DNA of 64,000 bases from Archaeoglobus sp. JdFR-37 (GTDB taxonomy: Archaea; Halobacteriota; Archaeoglobi; Archaeoglobales; Archaeoglobaceae): NCBI GenBank assembly GCA_002010215.1, contig MTMY01000031.1, positions 1-64,000 of the forward strand. Reading direction: 5' to 3'. Shown here piece by piece: positions 9,137 through 18,789 of this stretch. A program made the translations under genes and the position numbers. The notes below the pieces were generated by a model. It had not been told where the DNA came from, did not search any database, and was given only the letters and a program-made list of their open reading frames with translations. How positions within the stretch are numbered: the stretch's first letter is position 1; each line of letters begins with the position of its first letter.

Positions 9137-11793
9137 GCAACTACCCTCGATGTACCTCTCTCTTTTACTATTTTAACGGCATTCTCCACCATTTCTTCAA
9201 AAGTGTCATCGTGGCTAATTACGAATATCTGTCTGAAACCTTTAATCCTTCCGATTTGAGAAGCAAAGTTCCTCCTTCGATGCTCATCCATATTCTGGGT
9301 TGGTTCATCAAAGAAAACGATGCCTAGGGAGGAGGTTATTTTCAGCAGGGCAAGCCTCACTGCCAAAGCAGCACACATTTGTTCTCCACCACTCATCTGG
9401 GCAAAATCAATTTCTCTGCCCATGTATCTGGCTTTAATTCCGAAATCTTCCTCCCATCTCAAATCCCATCCGTAGTCCTCCATCAGCTCGCAAAAGATTC
9501 TGTTGGCTTCCACAGATACCGCCTCGACATAAGCTTTGGTCATTTCAGGAATGGCCGCTTTGAAAACTTCTCTCATGTCTTTGATAAACCTGTACTTTCT
9601 CTCAAACCCGTGTTTTTTATTCTCAACTTCATTCAATAATTTCTCTTTCTTTTCAACTTCTTCTAATTCAGCATTAACATCTTTCAGGTTTCTTTTGAGG
9701 CCTTCAATTTCAGTTCTCACAGACTTCAATTCACCACTAAGCCTTTCCAGCTTAACTCTCAAGTGTTTGTATTCTTCATCCGAGAACTTTCTCTCAACTT
9801 CTTTGAGTTTTCCTTCCACAATTTTAAGCTTCGAGTTAGTCTCCAGAAGCTCTTTTTTAACATCTCGAAGTTCCCTTTCGATTTTTGGCTTGTCCTCAAT
9901 CTTCTTTGAAATGGATGTGTAATACTCATATCCTTGTCTGCAGCTCATTTTCGTTTCCCGAACTTCTTTGAGCTCTTTTTTAATCTGATCTTCTATCATC
10001 TTCAATTCTTTGAGCCTCGAAAGATCCATTGTAATGGCTTTCAGCTTCTCTTCCCCCTTTCCAATCTCATTCACAATTGAATCTCTTGCAGAAACTATAG
10101 CTGTAAGTTGTTCTTTCTTTGCTACACTTCCCCTTATAACTTTCAGCCTCTCTTCAACACTCTTTCTTCTCGTAATGTCTTTTTCCAGCTTTTCCAGTTC
10201 TTCTTTCATCTTGTTAAGCCTGTTCTTATGCTCATCAATCTCGCGAAGAAGGGAGTTTTTTTGCTTTAGTTCTCCCCTTAACCTGTTCAGCTTTGTCTCT
10301 GCCTCTTTCTTCTTTTCTGCAAGTTGCTGAACTTTAATAGACTTCTTTTCTAGTTCAGCTATCTGGTTGCTGAGGTGTTCAACCTCTCTTAACAGCTTTG
10401 CCCTCGCCTCAACTATTTTTTCGCAATCGGTATCGAGAATGGGACACTTATCATGCTCCATCTTCTCTAACTGATCTTTTTTGAGTTTAAGTTCTGTTTT
10501 GAACTTTGATATTTTCTTAACTAGATTCTCCTTGAGCTCCTCAATGCTTTGAAGTTTTCTTACAGCTTCCTCTATCTGCCTGACCATTCTCTCCTTTTCT
10601 GAAAGCACTTCAAGCTGATGTTTTTTATCCTGCAGAGATTTTGAAATAAAATCAATCTGCTGAGAAATCTCCTTTTTCAGTCTTTCTGACCTCTCAATTC
10701 TGTTAATCTCTTCTATTAACTTCTCCTCCTCTTCTGCTAGTGGAAGAATTTTCTCAAGCTCTTTGGCCGCCTCTTCTACCTCTTTTAGCCTCTCTTTCAG
10801 GAGGTTTAGCTGCTCTTTCAGCCTGATTGACTCCTCTGAAAGCTCTTCCAGCTTTTCGATTTCATCCAAGATCTTTTTCAGCTGGTTTTCCAGCTCAATT
10901 TCCTCCTTCTCAGCTTCTAGGTATTTGAAGTACATCTCTCTAACCGATTCCAGCTTCTTTTCAAGCTCCTCCAGCCCTTCTAACTCTTCCTGAAGTTTTT
11001 TCGTAATTTTGATGAGGTTTGTACCCCTTTCCTTCAACCTCTCAGCCTCTGGTTTGAGAAGCGAGATCTCCTTTGCAAGCCTCTCTAGTTCCTCCACTTT
11101 CTCCCTTATGGGTGAAATGAGCTTATTGATCTCTTCTTCCTTCTTTGAAAGTTTACCCAGCGTTTCTTCAAGTTCTCTTTTTTTCGTCAGCAGAATATCC
11201 TTCCTGGAAATGTGGACTTTAAGTTCGATGATTTTAGCATTTATCTCGTTCAACTTCTCTTCCAGAAATTTCTCGTATTCTCTCGCCTTTTCATAAGCCT
11301 TTTTGTAACCATCTACCCCGATGATGGGGGAAAATATGGCTTCCCTCACAGATGGGGTCTCTAGAAACTGGGACGTCATTTTTCCCTGAGCAACACCTAT
11401 TGCATTCTCAAAGAGACTTGGGGGATCAATGTCGATTTTGAAGGTATCTCTAATCCAGTCTCTCACCTCACCTTTCCCTTCAGCAATTCTGCCAAGTTCT
11501 GAATCCTGAACGTAATAATCTGTGGTTCCGGACTCTCCAAATTTCCTGACCACCGTGTATATTCTGCCATCAGGCCCGGCAAGTTTTACCGAGACCTCTC
11601 CTTTCTTCTCTCCCCTCTTAATGAATTCTGAGATTTTATAGGGAAGAGAATCAAACAGGGCGAAGCCTACTGCCTCAAGAAGCGTGGTTTTACCTGCACC
11701 ATTCTCTCCTATTATGGCATTCAGACCTTCGGAGAACTTCACAACTGCTTGGTCGTAACTCTTAACGTTTACGAGCTTTACTTCCAAGAGCAT
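9133..11793 (-). CDS. rad50: Rad50/SbcC SMC-type ATPase
   Basis: GENGAGKTT, Q-loop, long coiled coil, central CPILDTDC, MSGGEQ, FFDEPT, ISHD. ATG at 11793. Confidence 0.92.
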   Translation of the reverse strand: MLLEVKLVNVKSYDQAVVKFSEGLNAIIGENGAGKTTLLEAVGFALFDSLPYKISEFIKRGEKKGEVSVKLAGPDGRIYTVVRKFGESGTTDYYVQDSELGRIAEGKGEVRDWIRDTFKIDIDPPSLFENAIGVAQGKMTSQFLETPSVREAIFSPIIGVDGYKKAYEKAREYEKFLEEKLNEINAKIIELKVHISRKDILLTKKRELEETLGKLSKKEEEINKLISPIREKVEELERLAKEISLLKPEAERLKERGTNLIKITKKLQEELEGLEELEKKLESVREMYFKYLEAEKEEIELENQLKKILDEIEKLEELSEESIRLKEQLNLLKERLKEVEEAAKELEKILPLAEEEEKLIEEINRIERSERLKKEISQQIDFISKSLQDKKHQLEVLSEKERMVRQIEEAVRKLQSIEELKENLVKKISKFKTELKLKKDQLEKMEHDKCPILDTDCEKIVEARAKLLREVEHLSNQIAELEKKSIKVQQLAEKKKEAETKLNRLRGELKQKNSLLREIDEHKNRLNKMKEELEKLEKDITRRKSVEERLKVIRGSVAKKEQLTAIVSARDSIVNEIGKGEEKLKAITMDLSRLKELKMIEDQIKKELKEVRETKMSCRQGYEYYTSISKKIEDKPKIERELRDVKKELLETNSKLKIVEGKLKEVERKFSDEEYKHLRVKLERLSGELKSVRTEIEGLKRNLKDVNAELEEVEKKEKLLNEVENKKHGFERKYRFIKDMREVFKAAIPEMTKAYVEAVSVEANRIFCELMEDYGWDLRWEEDFGIKARYMGREIDFAQMSGGEQMCAALAVRLALLKITSSLGIVFFDEPTQNMDEHRRRNFASQIGRIKGFRQIFVISHDDTFEEMVENAVKIVKERGTSRVVA

Positions 11794-13111
11794 ACGCTCT
11801 CCTCCAGTCCCATACTTCTTCTTCGGATTCTTCAACTTCTTTGTCTTTTTCATCCATTCTCTGCACTGTTTTCTGCTCAGCCCCTTCGTGTGGCCTCGGC
11901 ATCTCTTTGTCCATACCCTCCTTCACCAAAGTAACTGATTCGAATTCCAGAATTTCAGAAATGAGTGTGTCTATATCAGTCACGCTCTTCCCCAATAAAA
12001 GGAGAGATTTTAGACGGAAAACCTGATCTGCTATCTCACCGTAATCGAAGCTCTCCAGGATTTGGGAGAGAACGTGTTTTTCGATGGATTCTCTGGAATC
12101 TAGGCCTACAGGCTGGAATACTCTGTCACCCCCCTCAAACCTCATTCTGACTACGAGAGGATTTAGAATACGTTTCACCGCCTCCTCCATCCTCACTTCA
12201 TCTATGTGCCCTCTCCTAAGACCCACAAGCTCTACATTTATGTGAATAACTGCCTTTTCATCAACATTCTGAGTCCTGAGAAATTCCTCGAAAGCTGAAA
12301 TTCCAAGTTCTTTCATTTTGTAGTTCAGAAAAACGAAGTTTCTAGGCTTGTAGAAGTGGTTTATTAATTCATATTTGAGCTCTTTATCGTCTTCGTTATA
12401 CTCTACAAGAAAAATGCCCCGATTATATCCATATTCGGTGGCATCGCAGCTCTCTAGACTCCCGGGGTTGAATATGAAATCATCCTCCACAAAACTTCTG
12501 TGAACATGCCCTAGCGCTATGTAATCCACTTTATTTTTAAGGCGATGAAGCTTTGTAGCCGAAATGCAGCCATACATGTTTATGTAACCTTCTACGCCAA
12601 CATGGGCGGTGAATATCGTGAAGTTTTTTCTCCTTAGTTTTCTAACATAATCTTCAAGAATTCTCTCGGTAACGTTTCCGTAGTACTTCATCCCGTAGAT
12701 TCTCACGCCATCTAAATCGATGAAAGCTCCTTTTTCTCCATCCCACTCTTCAACAACCACTCCATCGTCAAAGCGGGGTTTTAAATTGATGATGAGCTGG
12801 TTTCTGCTCAGATAGTCCATCCAGGAAAATCCATCTCTGAAGAAAGTTGCATCATGGTTTCCTTCTACAGCAATCACTGGTATTCCATTCTCTTTTGCCA
12901 TCTCAAGCACTTTAGTTGCTTGAGTCAGCGTTACCGGATCCATCTCGCTTTTTTTATGGAACAGGTCTCCGCTTATTATAACAAAATCCACCTTTTGCTC
13001 CACTGCAAACTTCATGGCCTTCATGAAAGCTGTAGCAAAATCCAGCATTCTTTCTTCGCTTCCATATTGCCTGAAGCCGAGGTGGACATCTGCCATGTGA
13101 ACAAATCTCAC
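11762..13111 (-). CDS. mre11: Mre11/SbcD nuclease
   Basis: ADVHLG, GDLFH, GNHD, ALGHVH, NPGS metallophosphoesterase motifs. Confidence 0.93.
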   Translation of the reverse strand: MRFVHMADVHLGFRQYGSEERMLDFATAFMKAMKFAVEQKVDFVIISGDLFHKKSEMDPVTLTQATKVLEMAKENGIPVIAVEGNHDATFFRDGFSWMDYLSRNQLIINLKPRFDDGVVVEEWDGEKGAFIDLDGVRIYGMKYYGNVTERILEDYVRKLRRKNFTIFTAHVGVEGYINMYGCISATKLHRLKNKVDYIALGHVHRSFVEDDFIFNPGSLESCDATEYGYNRGIFLVEYNEDDKELKYELINHFYKPRNFVFLNYKMKELGISAFEEFLRTQNVDEKAVIHINVELVGLRRGHIDEVRMEEAVKRILNPLVVRMRFEGGDRVFQPVGLDSRESIEKHVLSQILESFDYGEIADQVFRLKSLLLLGKSVTDIDTLISEILEFESVTLVKEGMDKEMPRPHEGAEQKTVQRMDEKDKEVEESEEEVWDWRRAYALGSKARKR

Positions 13112-13167
13112 GTGTTACCTTTTGATGAGGAGAATATTTTATCTTTCGCCTGAGGTGAAAGTATTCC

Positions 13168-13518
13168 ATGGCTAACATGATTGAAGAATATGAGTTTGGA
13201 AGGATCAGAATTTCTGGAAAGGATTATACGAGCGATGTAATCGTGTTTGGAGAGATTGTCAAGGAAGACTGGTGGAGAAAAGAGGGACATGAAGTGAATC
13301 TTGAAGATATTGGCCCTATTCTCAAGTTCAACCCTGAAGTGGTGGTGTTTGGTACCGGTTACTATGACAGAGTTGCAGTTAAGAATGAAGTTCTAAAAGA
13401 GCTTGAAAAGAGGGGTATAGAAGCTGTAATTTTAAAAACTCAGGATGCAGTTGCAGCTTACAGAAAGTTTGTGGAAGGGGGCAAGAAAGTAGTTCTGGCA
13501 GTCCATCTGACCTGCTGA
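13168..13518 (+). CDS. Mth938-like (DUF498) protein
   Basis: Y.FG.I.I.G, W..EGH, V.GTG, T..A...Y, terminal HLTC. Confidence 0.85.
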   Translation: MANMIEEYEFGRIRISGKDYTSDVIVFGEIVKEDWWRKEGHEVNLEDIGPILKFNPEVVVFGTGYYDRVAVKNEVLKELEKRGIEAVILKTQDAVAAYRKFVEGGKKVVLAVHLTC

Positions 13519-13660
13519 GATTTAATGATGGTTAGTTTTCACCTAGTTTCACGAGGTTTGTCTTACAGTAATTGGAGAGGGTTGCGGGAAATATGTTCAT
13601 GAACAACACACGGGATTTGTTACCCAAAAAATTAAATAAGCATAAATTTAGCCCATTACT

Positions 13661-14926
13661 ATGTCCTTCCGTCAGGTCTATGACATCATCGAGAGGCATC
13701 ACAGGTTTTATGAAGTCTCCATCCCTCTTATAGCTAGCGAGAATCTGACGAGCTTGTCTGTGCGGCGTTGCTATGTCTCTGACTTAGGTCATAGGTATGC
13801 TGAGGGCAAAGTGGGAGAGAGGTTCTATCAGGGTTGCAGCTTCATCGATGAGGTAGAAGACCTCGCGATACGCTTAACAAAGGAGTTGTTTCAGGCTGAG
13901 CATGTGAATGTTCAGCCTATAAGTGGTGTTGTGGCGAATATGGCTGCTTTTTTTGCTCTTACAAAGCCCGGTGACAAAATAATGGCTCTCTCCGTGCCAT
14001 GCGGAGGACACATAAGTCACGATCGCTTCTCCGCTGCAGGAGTGAGGGGTTTGGAGATAATGTACTATCCATTCGATTATGAGAACATGAATGTTGATGT
14101 GGATAAGACGATAAAAGTTGCGGAAAAGGAAAAACCCAAGCTTTTTGTTCTTGGCTCAAGTCTGATACTATTTCCTCAACCGGTTAAAGAACTCAGTGAA
14201 TTCGCTGCTCAGATCAGTGCAAGGCTGATGTACGATGCAAGCCACGTTCTCGGCTTAATTGCAGGCGGTAAATTCCAGCAGCCGCTGAAGGAAGGAGCCG
14301 ATGTTATGACAGGCTCAACCCACAAAACGTTTTTTGGGCCACAAAGAGCTATCATCGCATGCAAGGAAGAGTTCAGCGAGACCGTTGACAGGGCAGTATT
14401 TCCCGGGGTCATCAGTAATCACCACCTGAACACTCTCGCTGGCTATGTTATTGCAGCAATGGAGATGAAGGAGTTTGGTAGAGAATACGCAAATCAGGTA
14501 GTCAGAAATGCAAAAAGGCTGGCCGAGAAGATGCACGAGCTCGGATTTAAAGTTGTGGGTGAGCATCTGGGCTTTACCGAGTCACATCAAGTAGCAGTGG
14601 ATGTTAAGGAGTTTGGTGGTGGAGAAAAGGTTGCGAGAAAGCTAGAGGAGGTTAATATCATACTTAACAAGAATCTCCTGCCTTGGGACGACCTAAGGAG
14701 CACTTCTGATCCCTCAGGCATAAGAATAGGTGTCCAGGAAGTCACAAGGCTTGGCATGAAGGAAGATCAGATGGAAATAATTGCTGAAATTATGTGGAAG
14801 GCTGTAAATGGTAAAGAAAATGTAGAAAAATTGAGAAATGAGGTTGCAGACTTGAAGAAAGAATTTTCAACAATAAAGTATGCCTTTGAGGAAAGCAAAG
14901 CTTATGCCTTCCCAGAACTTCGCTAA
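13661..14926 (+). CDS. glyA: Serine hydroxymethyltransferase (archaeal)
   Basis: LIASEN, RYAEG, GGHISH, DASH, STHKT (PLP Lys), SGIRIG. Confidence 0.96.
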   Translation: MSFRQVYDIIERHHRFYEVSIPLIASENLTSLSVRRCYVSDLGHRYAEGKVGERFYQGCSFIDEVEDLAIRLTKELFQAEHVNVQPISGVVANMAAFFALTKPGDKIMALSVPCGGHISHDRFSAAGVRGLEIMYYPFDYENMNVDVDKTIKVAEKEKPKLFVLGSSLILFPQPVKELSEFAAQISARLMYDASHVLGLIAGGKFQQPLKEGADVMTGSTHKTFFGPQRAIIACKEEFSETVDRAVFPGVISNHHLNTLAGYVIAAMEMKEFGREYANQVVRNAKRLAEKMHELGFKVVGEHLGFTESHQVAVDVKEFGGGEKVARKLEEVNIILNKNLLPWDDLRSTSDPSGIRIGVQEVTRLGMKEDQMEIIAEIMWKAVNGKENVEKLRNEVADLKKEFSTIKYAFEESKAYAFPELR

Positions 14927-15059
14927 ACTCTCATATTCAATATGGGGAAAACTTTAAAGTTTGCTGCCCGTATTCAAGCAGAAAAATTTAAATCACCCCC
15001 CGAAGCGGGGGCGTTAGTAACTCCACTATTCACACCAAAACAGGGGCTGTTGTGAGAAC

Positions 15060-15920
15060 ATGATGCTGGAAAAGTTGGTTGAAAGGAAGGAGCAGCTTGA
15101 AAGGGAACTTCAGGAATATATTGAAAAAAGGGATCAGCTTAATAGAGCAGCGAGAGAGTTTGCAGATAAGAGAGACGAGCTGAACAGGACAGTAAGGGAG
15201 CTTCTGGTCAAAGCCAAGGAGTTGAAGGCGAAGAGAGATGAGCTCAATGCAAAGGCCAAGGAAATAAAGCAGAAGAGAAATGAAGTGCACAAGAAAATAG
15301 ATGTTCTGTACAGGGAGCTTGATACCCTGAGAAGGAATCTTGATAGGGGTGGCAGACCGCTGGGCGAGATAGAGAAGGAAATTCGAAGGCTGGAATTCAA
15401 GCAGCAGACTGCAGTTCTGACGATAGATAAAGAGAGAGCTCTGGTAGAGAGAATAGCCAAGCTCAGAAGAGAGCTTGAGGAAAGAAAGGAGCAGCTTGAG
15501 AAGCACGAGGAGTTCAGAAGGCTGATTACTGAGATAAGAGAGCTGAAAGACAAGGCTAGGGAGCTTCACCAGCAGATGATGGCGCTGGTGGAGGAGGCAG
15601 ATGAGTACCATGCAGAAATGTCCAAGACATTCGCAAAGATAGATGAGATGAGAAAACTTGCTGACGAGATGCATGAGAAATTTGTTGAGAGCAAAAAAGA
15701 GGCAGACAGAGCCCATGCGGAGATTATGAAGATAAGAAAGGACTTAAAGGATCTTGATAAGGTTATCAAGGCCCTGAAGTCAAAGCTTGCAAAGAGCAAG
15801 GAAGAGAGAGAGAAGGAAGAACTGATGCGGAGGGCCAGAGAGATCTACGAGATGTTCAAGAGGGGAGAAAAGATAGAGACTGAAGACCTCCTTCTCCTGC
15901 AGAGAGCAGGTTTGATCTAA
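15060..15920 (+). CDS. Archaeal coiled-coil protein (COG1340-like)
   Basis: Repeated (K)RDELN heptads, 'LEFKQQT', C-terminal 'GEKI.TEDLLLLQ'. Confidence 0.8.
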   Translation: MMLEKLVERKEQLERELQEYIEKRDQLNRAAREFADKRDELNRTVRELLVKAKELKAKRDELNAKAKEIKQKRNEVHKKIDVLYRELDTLRRNLDRGGRPLGEIEKEIRRLEFKQQTAVLTIDKERALVERIAKLRRELEERKEQLEKHEEFRRLITEIRELKDKARELHQQMMALVEEADEYHAEMSKTFAKIDEMRKLADEMHEKFVESKKEADRAHAEIMKIRKDLKDLDKVIKALKSKLAKSKEEREKEELMRRAREIYEMFKRGEKIETEDLLLLQRAGLI

Positions 15921-16277
15921 ATTTTTTACCCATCTCTTATCCGCGGACCTTTTGCGAAATGAGAGATTTGGGAAAAGATTTATTTATAGGAATTTTTTAT
16001 ACGTTATTTTATACATTATTTTAGCTAAATACAGTGGTGAAGAAAAGTTTGAAGATGGGGGTAATAACCTCACTCCGCACCATGTCTGCTACGCCTCTAC
16101 ATGATCCAATCCTAATCTTCGTACCCAGTTACTGGAAACTCTGCTACAACATTTTGAACAACGATTAAACTTAAACATTTCGCTTAAACAAAAAGTGATT
16201 ATTATAAGCAAAAAGTAATGTGCCCAGAAAATCCGACTCAAATTTGAGATGAATGACCTTTTACTGGACTTTATCCT

Positions 16278-16940
16278 CTAAAAATCCTTTAAAACAACCT
16301 CAATCTCCTTATAAATCTCTTCAGCAGTTTTTCTGGGATTTTCAGAAGCGTAAATGGTTCTGCCTACTATTACATAGTCAGCTCCAGCTCTGATGGTATC
16401 GGAAATCTTTCCTCCTTGGGCACCCACACCAGGAGATATTACCTTTAGACCTCTGGCAGCCTTCTTTAACTCTCTAATTCTTTCAGGTCTGGTTGCAGGA
16501 GCCACTATACCATGACATCCCAGCTTCTTTGCCATGGAAGCGATTTCGATGGCATGTTTCATGAGAAATTCCTTTCCGCCCTCGCTGCTGAGTTCAGTCA
16601 CAACATACACTTCATTTTCATTTCCAGCTTCCCTCAGAATAGCCTTGATAGAATCGCTGCCCACAAATCCGTGGGTTATTATGGCTTTGGCACCGCTATC
16701 AAAAGCGAGCCTTGCAATCTCGGCAGATATGTGTGGCACGTCAGCAACCTTGAAGTCTGCGATGACAGGCCTGATTTTCGAAAGCTCCCCAATTACCTCC
16801 AGCCCACATGACAGGACGATAGGATAATTGACCTTTATGGAGTGTATGAACTCAGATGTGCTCTCCGCTATTTCAATTGCCCCTCTCTTGTTTTTCACAT
16901 CCAGAGCCAATATCAGGTGAGATGTCTGGGCTTGCGACAT
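16278..16940 (-). CDS. pyrF: Orotidine-5'-phosphate decarboxylase
   Basis: LALD, DFKVADVP, PGVGAQGG, IVGR. Confidence 0.95.
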   Translation of the reverse strand: MSQAQTSHLILALDVKNKRGAIEIAESTSEFIHSIKVNYPIVLSCGLEVIGELSKIRPVIADFKVADVPHISAEIARLAFDSGAKAIITHGFVGSDSIKAILREAGNENEVYVVTELSSEGGKEFLMKHAIEIASMAKKLGCHGIVAPATRPERIRELKKAARGLKVISPGVGAQGGKISDTIRAGADYVIVGRTIYASENPRKTAEEIYKEIEVVLKDF

Positions 16941-16956
16941 ATAACCACCTATTCAC

Positions 16957-18738
16957 CTATACATACTTTGCATAAACCGTCGGGAACAGCTCCGGCTTTC
17001 CAGGAAGGGCCAAAGCAGCGGTGTACTCCTCCATGAAGTTTGGATCGGTGCTGAGGTCGAAATATGTCATAATCTTGGCGATGGTTTCTGAAAGTGCTCT
17101 TTTTCTCGAGGAAGTCAGAGCCATATATGCTCCTGCAAGCGAACCGTTTCCAATCTGATAAACCTTTGCATTTGGGAACTCTGGAAAGAGGCCGATAGTT
17201 ACAGCACTCTTCATATTGATGTAGTAGCCAAAAGCTCCGGCGATGTAGAATTCCTCAATATCGTGGATGCTTAATCCAGATTTGGTCAGTAGCACGGCTA
17301 TGCCAGCGCACACAGCAGCTTTCGACTGCACCAGCGTATCGATGTCCGTCTGGGTCAGTACAATATCTTTCCCGGTAGCGGTCTTCGAACCATCAACAAC
17401 CACATATTCCAGTTCATCTACTCTTCTGACCCTGGGGTGCTTTGGATTGAGATTTCCCTGGAAGTCAACAATTCCATTTCTGAAAAGCTCTGCCAGCAGA
17501 TCTATCAGCCCACTCCCACATATACTTCGGGGCTTTCCATTCCCTATTACTGTATAAACTGGCTCAGCGTTGGGAGACGGGATTTCCACGTGGTCAATTG
17601 CACCTTCAACGGCTCTGCTACCGTGCTTTATCTCGTAACCCTCAAAAGCCGGTCCACTGGCGACGCTTATGGACATGGCCCATCCCTCACTTCCCAGTAC
17701 AATCTCTCCGTTAGTTCCGAGATCAACCATCAGGGAGATGGTAGGTGAATCAACAATTCGTGAGGCAAGGACATCTCCTACGATGTCCCCCCCAACGTAC
17801 CTGCCGACAGGAGGAAGACAGAACACTCTCGCCATTGGATTGACTTTCAATCCAAGGCTTTTTGCATCAGCCTCATACCCCTTCTTCTCCACCCTCACGT
17901 CTGCTGAGGCGAAAAGGTATTCGATGTCTCTCCCGAGGAAAAAGTGAGCCATCAGCGTGTTTCCGGCAGCCACAACATCGTAGATTCTGTCTGGAGACGA
18001 ATAGCCACCGAGCTCTCTTTCTACAAGCTTGTTTATTGAGTCAACAACTGCTTTCTGTAAAATCTCCAGCCCATCTTTCCTACTTCTGACGAATTCCACC
18101 CTTGAGAGAACTTCCTCACCATAAATAATCTGCCCATTGTAATCGGAGGCGATGTCCACTACATTTCCAGTATTCAGGTCTATTAATGCTGCAACAATGG
18201 TGGTGGTTCCGATATCAACAGCGAGACCAAAGAACTCATTTCTTGTATCTCCTTCTTCAACAGCAATGATTTCGTTTCCCCTGAGTACAAGTGTCAGCTC
18301 GCCTTCTTCAATCTCCGGCTCGCAGCACAGCTTGTAACCTTTTTCCGCAACAATCTCAGGCAAGAAAGCATCCGAATAGAACTCTTTCTTTACGATTGGA
18401 TTCAGTTCCTCCCCACTTACCAGAAACTCCTTCAAAATTTGTTGCCTTTCAAGCCGGGATTCTTGGGGGATGTAAACTTCAGCATCACTTAAGAGGATAG
18501 TCTGACAGGCCAGAACATAGCCTTCTCTCTCCTCATCACCCTTGATGAACTTTTCATGGGGCTCAGGGTTCTTTTTAACTTCTCCCCTCCTCAAAATGAC
18601 CTTACATTTTCCGCAGCTGCCCTTTCCACCACAGAGACTTCTTATACCCTCACCAATTTCCTGAGCCGCTTCAAGAATTGTTGTGCCTTTCTCAACTTGA
18701 ACCCTTTTACCTGAAGGAAGGAAAGTAACCGTTACCAT
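16957..18738 (-). CDS. RACo/AcsV-type ATP-dependent corrinoid reductive activase ([2Fe-2S] plus ASKHA domain)
   Basis: CGGKGSCGKC...LAC ferredoxin domain; DIGTTT, YVGGD, DLGTNGE, GPAFEG, ICGSG, AGAFG. Confidence 0.9.
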   Translation of the reverse strand: MVTVTFLPSGKRVQVEKGTTILEAAQEIGEGIRSLCGGKGSCGKCKVILRRGEVKKNPEPHEKFIKGDEEREGYVLACQTILLSDAEVYIPQESRLERQQILKEFLVSGEELNPIVKKEFYSDAFLPEIVAEKGYKLCCEPEIEEGELTLVLRGNEIIAVEEGDTRNEFFGLAVDIGTTTIVAALIDLNTGNVVDIASDYNGQIIYGEEVLSRVEFVRSRKDGLEILQKAVVDSINKLVERELGGYSSPDRIYDVVAAGNTLMAHFFLGRDIEYLFASADVRVEKKGYEADAKSLGLKVNPMARVFCLPPVGRYVGGDIVGDVLASRIVDSPTISLMVDLGTNGEIVLGSEGWAMSISVASGPAFEGYEIKHGSRAVEGAIDHVEIPSPNAEPVYTVIGNGKPRSICGSGLIDLLAELFRNGIVDFQGNLNPKHPRVRRVDELEYVVVDGSKTATGKDIVLTQTDIDTLVQSKAAVCAGIAVLLTKSGLSIHDIEEFYIAGAFGYYINMKSAVTIGLFPEFPNAKVYQIGNGSLAGAYMALTSSRKRALSETIAKIMTYFDLSTDPNFMEEYTAALALPGKPELFPTVYAKYV

Positions 18739-18789
18739 AAGAGGCGGTTTATCAAAAAAGATATTTAGGGGTTTCCCCGAAGATATTTC

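Noticed and set aside
9379..11296. Plus-strand Ser/Phe/Leu-rich ORFs
   Set aside because: Antisense shadows of the Glu/Lys-rich Rad50 coiled coil.
15030..15799. Long minus-strand ORFs and apparent repeats
   Set aside because: Shadows of the coiled-coil gene; the repeats are protein heptads.
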